A stretch of 41,415 nt of DNA from a virus (Duplodnaviria; Caudoviricetes). Shown piece by piece: positions 35,051 through 41,415 of this stretch; position 1 is the first letter of the stretch, and every line of letters begins with the position of its first letter. Both the position numbers and the translations under genes were made by a program. The DNA is taken from IMG/VR virus record IMGVR_UViG_3300046009_001609, positions 1-41,415 of that record; one strand, given 5' to 3'. The notes beneath the pieces were generated by a model, which saw only the letters and a program-made list of their open reading frames with translations, was not told the DNA's origin and did no database searches.

Positions 35051-35386
35051 TTATGCAAACTGTGAACGGACATTGAACTTAAGAACCTCGAAGACAGTCT
35101 GAGTCTGCCCATCAAAGTCGATCTCGACTTCGCCTTCGTAAAGGCCCGGCTCGACATCGAGTACACCGTTCGGGAAGTTGAATCTTACCTGACCTGTCGT
35201 ACCGCCGTCCACCTTCGTACAAGTAAGGGTGTTCAGTACGGTTGTTGTGTTAGCGGCGCGAAAGTACACCCTGACCGTTATGCTGGCATCAGACAGGTTG
35301 ATAACCGCGCCAGTTGTCGGGTCGGTGAGCGTGAGGCGGATATAGGGGAGGTTATCCCCCTGCACCAGTTTGATCTTTTCAGCCAT
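35051..35386 (-). CDS. BppU N-terminal-like Ig-fold virion protein, 111 aa
   Basis: IKLVQGDN..INLSDA..GQVRF..GLYEGEVEIDF..QTV pattern. Confidence 0.65.
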   Translation of the reverse strand: MAEKIKLVQGDNLPYIRLTLTDPTTGAVINLSDASITVRVYFRAANTTTVLNTLTCTKVDGGTTGQVRFNFPNGVLDVEPGLYEGEVEIDFDGQTQTVFEVLKFNVRSQFA

Positions 35387-35394
35387 GTGCTACC

Positions 35395-36054
35395 TCACAC
35401 TTTTGGCGCGACGCCAGTTGTTCCATTCATCTCAGCCGTCAGAGCACCTTGGAAGGCTGCGTAGTGCGCCTGCGCACGCTGCGCGTTACCAGCGTACTCA
35501 CTGTCCTTAGTGTATGCACGGTACAGGATATAGTCTGTGAGCACGTTGCCGTAAATATCTGGCAGGGTGATGTTGCCAGTGACAGCGGAATACAACGCGC
35601 CGTCGGCAGGTTCAGTGATGTCTGTGGGGTACGCTGCGTACACAACCTCCACCGATGCGCCAGATGCGGCAGCTGGTGGGTAGACGTAGAACACACGTGG
35701 ATCACGAGGGTCGTACATGTAGTGCAGCACCTCTGTCACGCCAGCGAGGTTGTACCAGTTGGGGCTTTGTGTGTCCAGAATTGTCCGGCTGGTCATACGC
35801 ACAGAGCGCTTGTTGACACCAGTATTGCGGACCACGTCGATCAATTTTGCGCCGTTGGTGGGCAGGGACTGCTTGGCACCAGCGACCAATGTAACCGATG
35901 CGTTGGTCACCATCGAGTCTGGTCGATACAGCACTACTTCGCGCTGTCCGTCGTTGAGGTAACGCACCAGCTCGGCCACAGGCCAACGAATGGACGTATT
36001 GTCCTGCATTGTCTCAACAACGCGGCGGATGATGGATTGAGCAGCAATAGTCAT
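35395..36054 (-). CDS. Head-tail adaptor (DUF6682-like)
   Basis: RWPVAELVRYLNDGQRE..YVYPP..DYILYRAYTKDSEY..RAQAHY. Confidence 0.8.
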   Translation of the reverse strand: MTIAAQSIIRRVVETMQDNTSIRWPVAELVRYLNDGQREVVLYRPDSMVTNASVTLVAGAKQSLPTNGAKLIDVVRNTGVNKRSVRMTSRTILDTQSPNWYNLAGVTEVLHYMYDPRDPRVFYVYPPAAASGASVEVVYAAYPTDITEPADGALYSAVTGNITLPDIYGNVLTDYILYRAYTKDSEYAGNAQRAQAHYAAFQGALTAEMNGTTGVAPKV

Positions 36055-36062
36055 GGTTTACC

Positions 36063-36695
36063 TCAAGCGAAAGGGCGGGCGCGTACGCGCATAGAGCCAC
36101 GGACCATACCGTAATTGCCCTCAATGCGCGAATTGTTTGTCTTCCTCGCAGCGGAGTCCAGCAGGTACTGAGCCTGTGCGAAGTTTGTGAATGGTTGGTC
36201 TGGAATCTGCATAGCGCGAGCGATTGCATTCGACACGATAGGGTCGATCCAGATGTCATACAGATCATCGTCTAGCTGCGTAGCGGCACGCGTAGGACGA
36301 AGGTTCACCGCCACTACCACGGTGTACGTTCCGTCTGGCGGTGGCGACAGCATCAATGTGAGCGAGTTGTCCGTGCGGTCAGAGTAAAAGCCGATTGGCT
36401 TCGCCCGTCCGGTCGGCATGTCGTTGCGAATAGCCTCAAACAACCCGGGCTGCAACTCTTCGCCGTCAACCGTCACACCCATGACGCGGCTAATTTCGTG
36501 GTTTCTTGTCGGCGGGTCTAGGTCGTACTGCACGACGCCTGCGGACGTCTTGAAAGAATCAAGATTCTGGCGCAGTGTCAAAGATTTCTCTGCGAACTCA
36601 ATTGCAGCACTGACCAGAACCTGATCCACCATGGGCTCTGAGCAGCCGGGTAGATACGGCAGAATTCTCGGGTAGAAAGCGCTCAGAGGTTTCAT
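36063..36695 (-). CDS. Second adaptor-like / tail tubular protein
   Basis: PYLPGC..AAIEF..GVVQYDL..LSPPPD..IARAMQIPDQPF; similar length and layout to the neighbouring adaptor. Confidence 0.7.
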   Translation of the reverse strand: MKPLSAFYPRILPYLPGCSEPMVDQVLVSAAIEFAEKSLTLRQNLDSFKTSAGVVQYDLDPPTRNHEISRVMGVTVDGEELQPGLFEAIRNDMPTGRAKPIGFYSDRTDNSLTLMLSPPPDGTYTVVVAVNLRPTRAATQLDDDLYDIWIDPIVSNAIARAMQIPDQPFTNFAQAQYLLDSAARKTNNSRIEGNYGMVRGSMRVRARPFA

Positions 36696-36706
36696 GGTGG
36701 GCTACC

Positions 36707-36982
36707 TTATTCAGCAGCGGTGGCTTGCTCTTCTGCGGGGGTTTCCGCAGGTTTGTCGTCAGATTCTACCGCAGGTGCTGCCTTTTTGCGAGTTTTTGGC
36801 GCAGCAGCTTCGGCTACGGCTTGGTTGGAGTGTACGTTGGCCAACTCTTGGCCTTCTGCCGTGTAGACCCAGTCAACGCCTTCCATGCGGGCTACGATGA
36901 CGATGTCGCCGTCAATGATGGCGCGAATCTTGTTGTTGAGGATTTCGCCGCCGAGGCGAGCCATGAGGTCGAGTGCGTTCAT
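36707..36982 (-). CDS. Hypothetical protein after capsid, 91 aa
   Basis: ATG at 36982 with GGAG; small folded N-terminus and a disordered acidic tail. Confidence 0.75.
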   Translation of the reverse strand: MNALDLMARLGGEILNNKIRAIIDGDIVIVARMEGVDWVYTAEGQELANVHSNQAVAEAAAPKTRKKAAPAVESDDKPAETPAEEQATAAE

Positions 36983-36999
36983 TGTGTGCTCCAAAATGT

Positions 37000-37025
37000 A
37001 AAAAGGGGCTCCGAAGAGCCCCTTT
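37000..37025 (-). terminator. Intrinsic terminator after the major capsid gene
   Basis: - strand AAAGGGGCTC-TTCG-GAGCCCCTTTTT, with a cUUCGg tetraloop. Confidence 0.92.
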
Positions 37026-37038
37026 ACTGTATCACCGA

Positions 37039-38046
37039 TCAGCTAGCAGAGCCAACCTGAGCGACGACCAAGGCTTGAGGTTTCACAACCTTGCGGCCAT
37101 ACACAGCCAGACCACGGACGATGTCGCCGAAGTCAGTCTGGTTACGCAGAGGCTCAGTCTTGTTGATGGTCATGGCGAAAGACGTAGCAGCCTTTGTACC
37201 AGCGATCATCATACGACGTGCCTTGGCGTTGGACACAGCGCCGCCTGTGGAAGTGGCGGACAAGCCAGCCACCAGAGCCTTACCAGCTTCGCCTTTTGGC
37301 AACAGGTTCGACACGTACACAGAGAAGCGATCCAACATACCGATCTTGCCGGTACGGATGGTGCTGGACTGGTCACCAGTGAAGTACGCCTGAGCGATGC
37401 TCGACTGCATCAACAGGTGACGGTCATAGGGCGACAAGATCAAGAAGCGACCATCTTCAGGCACGTTCTGCTCGTCCAGCACTGTGGACATGCGCAAGAT
37501 GGCCTTGAGCACGTTCTCAGGAGTGGCTTGGTCGATAGGAGCGACGTCTGTGCCCAAGTTGTAGGCAGCAGAGATAGCACCAGCAGTAGCGCCTTCGTTG
37601 GCAGCAGCAGGGCCTTCGGTCACGAAGCTGTTGAAGAACACTTCGTTTTCGATGGCGATCTTCAGCTGCTTGGCAGCGTCTTCGGTGAACATGTTCATCA
37701 GGTTCATATCGGACTGGTAAGCCAACACGTCGTTGACTTGCACGCCGAAGTACTTGCCCTTGTTGACTTGCATGTCTTGGAAGCTGGGGGTAGGCACTTC
37801 GTAGGACAGGTTCTGGCCAACAGTGTAGTCAGAGATGCTGATCGAAGGAGCCAGACGGATACGCACGGTATCGCCTTGGTTCTTCAACTCGCCTTCGTAG
37901 TCAGTGTTAGTGACTTCAGACAACATGGTGTTCTGGTAGAACTTGGCCAACAGCTTGCCAGACCACAGGGTCGGGATGAAAGCGCCGGAGTACGATGGGT
38001 TGGTGTCAAATGCACCAGAGCCGGTAACGGGGAAAACAGCAGCCAT
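37039..38046 (-). CDS. Major capsid protein (HK97 fold)
   Basis: SD AGGAGG; FIPTLWSGKLL..NTDYEGE..GDTVRI..LDEQNVPEDGRF..FGDIVRGLAVYGRKVVKP; follows scaffold and is followed by a terminator. Confidence 0.93.
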   Translation of the reverse strand: MAAVFPVTGSGAFDTNPSYSGAFIPTLWSGKLLAKFYQNTMLSEVTNTDYEGELKNQGDTVRIRLAPSISISDYTVGQNLSYEVPTPSFQDMQVNKGKYFGVQVNDVLAYQSDMNLMNMFTEDAAKQLKIAIENEVFFNSFVTEGPAAANEGATAGAISAAYNLGTDVAPIDQATPENVLKAILRMSTVLDEQNVPEDGRFLILSPYDRHLLMQSSIAQAYFTGDQSSTIRTGKIGMLDRFSVYVSNLLPKGEAGKALVAGLSATSTGGAVSNAKARRMMIAGTKAATSFAMTINKTEPLRNQTDFGDIVRGLAVYGRKVVKPQALVVAQVGSAS

Positions 38047-38094
38047 GATGGCCTCCTAAATAAAACAGGTTGGGGTAGGTGCTTTGCTCACGGA

Positions 38095-39054
38095 TCACGC
38101 GGTTACGCGACCTTCCATGTACGCAGCATCAATTTCAGCTTCAAGTTTCCTTGCCTCGTCGACGCGCCCCTTGACACCCAGATCAGTCGCCTTGCGGAAC
38201 ATCTTTTCGATGTCTGCGTTGGTGTAGACCTTACCTTTTTGAGAGGTAGGAGGTGTGCTTGCGGCACTACGATTCGGCTGAATTTGAAGTTCAAGCTCAG
38301 TGGTTTTGTCGGCAGCGGGCTCCACGGGTTTGATGCTCTTTTTGAACATCGACACGTAGTGTGCTACTCCTTCAGCGTCGCCTTGGTTGAACGCTTGTTG
38401 TGCAACAGAAGCTCGAGGGGCTCGGAGCAGCGGGTCAACTTCGTTGAGCCAAGCAATCCACTTGGGATCGGCATTGACCGTCTCGAAGTCCGGCACCATA
38501 CGGTACAGGCGCTGCTCAAAACTGGCTTCGGACACTTGGGTACCGGTGCTGGTCAACTGCTCGCGCAGCTTCTCATTCTCGGCACGCATGGCGTCTAGCT
38601 CACCACGAAACTCTGCTGCCACTTCGCGGGCAACTTTGCGCTGGACCTCGATCAGGTCCGAACCAAATGCTTCAACATCAGCATCAGTCACCAACTTCTC
38701 AGCAGTTTTGGGCTTGGCAGGCTCAACCGGCTTGGTCTCTGCGGCTTTGCGGAGGTTATCCACTTGGGCCTTGAGGTCACGCAGGTCTGCATGCAAGCGA
38801 GGCACTTCAGCGTCGTACATGCCCTTGAGGGTTTTGTACTTCTGCTGCCATGTCTCTTCCGCCACGACTGGTTCAGTCGGTGTCGGCGTTGGCTCAACAG
38901 GTTTGGTCTCCGTTGGCGCGGGCTGTTGGTCTTGGGGAGGCTCTGCTGGGGTTGGCGCAGGGTCTGCGGGGGCAGGGTTTTGCGCTTCGGTCAGCTGCTT
39001 TTCCAGTGCTTCCAGTTCACGTAACTGAGCTTCTACTTGTCTTGGCAATGCCAT
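38095..39054 (-). CDS. Capsid scaffolding protein
   Basis: Pro/Glu-rich N-terminus, coiled coils (WQQKYKTLKGMY), C-terminal helix pair; directly upstream of capsid. Confidence 0.8.
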   Translation of the reverse strand: MALPRQVEAQLRELEALEKQLTEAQNPAPADPAPTPAEPPQDQQPAPTETKPVEPTPTPTEPVVAEETWQQKYKTLKGMYDAEVPRLHADLRDLKAQVDNLRKAAETKPVEPAKPKTAEKLVTDADVEAFGSDLIEVQRKVAREVAAEFRGELDAMRAENEKLREQLTSTGTQVSEASFEQRLYRMVPDFETVNADPKWIAWLNEVDPLLRAPRASVAQQAFNQGDAEGVAHYVSMFKKSIKPVEPAADKTTELELQIQPNRSAASTPPTSQKGKVYTNADIEKMFRKATDLGVKGRVDEARKLEAEIDAAYMEGRVTA

Positions 39055-39144
39055 TTCAATTTCCTTTAAAGCTCCAACTCTGCTTCAGGCTCCTACTTCG
39101 GTCTGCCGTCCACATAATGGTTTGCTAGGACTACAAAAATCGGA

Positions 39145-39387
39145 TCACTTGATCCGGTCGAAGACCTCTGACGATTTTTCAACCGCTTCGAGGAAATCTG
39201 CTAAGACTTGGGCCTGACCTTGGAGTCGGTGTATGCGGTGTGGTTCTTCTGCAACCATCAAGGAGTTTTTGGTCTCCTCCAGTTTCAGCTTGAACAACGC
39301 CAACAACGGCTCGTTTTCTTGCAGCTTGCAGCGAATCAACGCTTGCATGTGCTGCCGGTCAGGCTTTTGGCCTACAAAAATCTTCAT
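39145..39387 (-). CDS. Small helical protein between portal and scaffold, 80 aa
   Basis: IHRLQGQAQVL motif; typical position for a small head-assembly protein. Confidence 0.75.
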   Translation of the reverse strand: MKIFVGQKPDRQHMQALIRCKLQENEPLLALFKLKLEETKNSLMVAEEPHRIHRLQGQAQVLADFLEAVEKSSEVFDRIK

Positions 39388-39393
39388 GTGTGG

Positions 39394-39423
39394 ATTCTAT
39401 ACAACAAATTCACAAAAAGTCAA
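39394..39423 (-). promoter_or_regulatory. Putative sigma70 promoter for the scaffold/capsid transcript
   Basis: TTGACT (39423-39418), 18-nt AT-rich spacer, TAGAAT (39399-39394); ATG follows 6 nt after the -10. Confidence 0.65.
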
Positions 39424-41415
39424 ACACCGTTGGGGCGTGCAGAAATCATATTTCCCTCGCGGCCACCAACTTGGCTGCCGTCAGGCAGCATATTCTTCGG
39501 CGCTGCGCCCTGCGTCATGCCCGGAGCGCCACCTTGGAGCTCGCCAGCGATCATGGCCAGCTGCTCTTGGAGCTGCGCGTTTTGCTGCTGCAGAGTCTGC
39601 ATGGCTGTCAGCGTTGGGCGGTCTGGCACGATGCGGTTCACGTTGCCGCTCAGGTTGCGGGCCTGCTCGCGCAGGAGCTCCGCTGCACCGTCCATGCCCA
39701 CGATCTGCTGGGCCACCGGGCTGTTGAGCACGATCTGCAGGAACTCGTTGCGGCGCACGGCCTCAGCTTCCTTGACCACCAAGCTGGTCGCGCCTTTGGC
39801 CACGGCCTTGACGTCACCGATCAGGTCTGGGTCTTTGCTGTAGCGCAGGTTGTCTTGGTACAGGCGCTCGATGGATGGCACGATCACGTTGCGGTCGATG
39901 TTGCTGATGACCTGCTTGATGCCCTTGCCAGCGTTGGAGATCAGCATCGACAGGCCAGACGACGTACGGCCAGCGCCACCCGAGGGGTCACCAGTCATGT
40001 AACGCGGGATCATGGTGTCCTCGTCAGCGCGGGCTGAGAACTTCTCAAACACAGCCATGAGCTCGTTGGCGTTGCTTCCCGGCTGGAAGAACTGCAGCGG
40101 CTGCGAGCCGTCGTTGAACTCAGAGCTCTGGAACTGCCAGATTTTCCATGGGTACATCTCTGTGATGTCCTCGCCCGGGGGCAGGCGCGACACGTTCACA
40201 CCCACCTGCGGGCCAGAGCTGATACCCATGTTGTTGGCCAAGCTGCGAGCAGCGGCGTTCACCATGTTCTGGGAGTCGCGGCACAGGTCAGTAACGCCCT
40301 TACCGGCCACTGCGCCGGGGACCTTCTCGTAGGATGTCACGTAGTACGGCTTGCGGCCCAGCGGATCGTAGTTCAGCACAGCGCGAATCACCGTGGAGCC
40401 CACCAGCCATACCTCGCATGGGTAGCTCAGGTCTGGGTCTGGAATCTCTTTCTTCGACAGACCCCAGTCGAGCAGGTCGCTGCCCTTGACGCTGTCCCAC
40501 ATCTGCAGGGCGTCGATCAGGTCTGTTGTGAAGATGGTCTGCGTGGTGTCTTTGCCTTCAGCCGTAGCTTGGGCGCTGTCAGTCCACAGCCACTCGTTCA
40601 GGTTGCCCAAGTCGAAATTATTGAGCACGGAGCGAATGGCGTCGTCGTTGTAGCCGGGCACACCCATCAGGGCCTGCAGGTCTTCACGGGTCATGCGGTG
40701 GCGCTCAACAATGTAGCCGTCCTGAATGTCCGAGGCCCATGGTGCCCAGTAGAGCATGAACGGATCAACCCGCTCCCACTCGTTGCGAATCTCTTCCACC
40801 GGCACCAGCTGGCCGTTTTGCCAAGCCATGGTTTTGCGCTTGCGCTTGATCGGCCCCTTGAGCACGGCGAAGGGGAACGTGACGATGTCGTCCAAGAACG
40901 CATTCAGGGCGTCGGTCCAGTTACCCTCGATCAGCTGGTCCTCCATCTTGAGTTCCATGCGGTCGACGCGGTCGTTGGCTTCCTCGCGCAGGCGACGCAT
41001 CGCTGCGTCTTTCATCTGCATGGCAGCCTCGCGCAACTGCACCGGGTCTGGCGGGGCCATGCCCTGTTCCATCTGGGCCATCAACTGCTGCTGCATGCTG
41101 GCCATCAGCTCTTGGATCAACTCAGGCGGTAGGGTGGGCTCAGGTGTCGCCTCAAGGCTCCACGGTTTGTCAGAGCCGGTGCCCAGCAAAGTATCACGCA
41201 GCCAGCTTGTCGCGGCGCGGCACTTGACCGATGTCAGCTGGATGTAAATCTCCGAGCCGCCTTGCTTCTTGATGTCAGCCAGTTTGTCGGGGTCGTACTC
41301 GCCGTTGCGCTGACGCAGACACTGCAGCATGCGCTCCTCGATGGTCCGTTTGGCTTCGCGTGAAGACTCCCAGCGCTTGCGTGCGTGAGCGGCCAAGCCT
41401 TGGATGACCTGCTCC
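39420..41415 (-). CDS. Portal protein (5'-truncated by window edge)
   Basis: Frame is open to the window end; over 658 aa; ERVDPF, GKGV..CRDSQ..N, RTSSGLSML motifs and a Gln-rich C-terminal barrel-like tail; upstream of scaffold and capsid. Confidence 0.9.
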   Translation of the reverse strand, partial: EQVIQGLAAHARKRWESSREAKRTIEERMLQCLRQRNGEYDPDKLADIKKQGGSEIYIQLTSVKCRAATSWLRDTLLGTGSDKPWSLEATPEPTLPPELIQELMASMQQQLMAQMEQGMAPPDPVQLREAAMQMKDAAMRRLREEANDRVDRMELKMEDQLIEGNWTDALNAFLDDIVTFPFAVLKGPIKRKRKTMAWQNGQLVPVEEIRNEWERVDPFMLYWAPWASDIQDGYIVERHRMTREDLQALMGVPGYNDDAIRSVLNNFDLGNLNEWLWTDSAQATAEGKDTTQTIFTTDLIDALQMWDSVKGSDLLDWGLSKKEIPDPDLSYPCEVWLVGSTVIRAVLNYDPLGRKPYYVTSYEKVPGAVAGKGVTDLCRDSQNMVNAAARSLANNMGISSGPQVGVNVSRLPPGEDITEMYPWKIWQFQSSEFNDGSQPLQFFQPGSNANELMAVFEKFSARADEDTMIPRYMTGDPSGGAGRTSSGLSMLISNAGKGIKQVISNIDRNVIVPSIERLYQDNLRYSKDPDLIGDVKAVAKGATSLVVKEAEAVRRNEFLQIVLNSPVAQQIVGMDGAAELLREQARNLSGNVNRIVPDRPTLTAMQTLQQQNAQLQEQLAMIAGELQGGAPGMTQGAAPKNMLPDGSQVGGREGNMISARPNGV

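Overview
The window is an internal part of a tailed dsDNA phage genome with podovirus-type architecture (portal, scaffold, capsid, adaptors, internal/ejection proteins; no tape measure or tail tube). The host is probably Gram-negative, given the spanins and lipoproteins. Two gene blocks converge at 9507/9508. The + strand (1-9507) is a replication module: family A DNA polymerase (5'-truncated, Leu762 type), Cas4-like exonuclease, VRR-NUC nuclease, SNF2 helicase, SSB-like protein, primase-helicase, MazG-like NTPase and HNH. The - strand (9508-41415) is the late module: portal (5'-truncated), scaffold, capsid, two adaptors, a fibre cluster, an 8-ORF lysis/envelope cassette, tail proteins, GNAT, three putative ejection proteins and three small Lys-rich proteins. 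The most notable points are: (i) a six-gene cluster (29206-35386) that could build a ruler-determined 'beads-on-a-string' fibre tipped by a trimeric fibre and a gp38-like adhesin with an apparently circularly permuted Gly-rich domain; (ii) a 2230-aa putative ejection protein carrying a zincin and a divergent ART-like domain; (iii) a second fibre with 19 indel-free 32-aa repeats and an apparently swapped tip; (iv) an unexplained lipoprotein/2-TM gene pair beside a normal embedded Rz/Rz1. I saw no terminase, integrase, tRNA, CRISPR array or reverse transcriptase. All family assignments come from motif recognition by eye; no database search was run.
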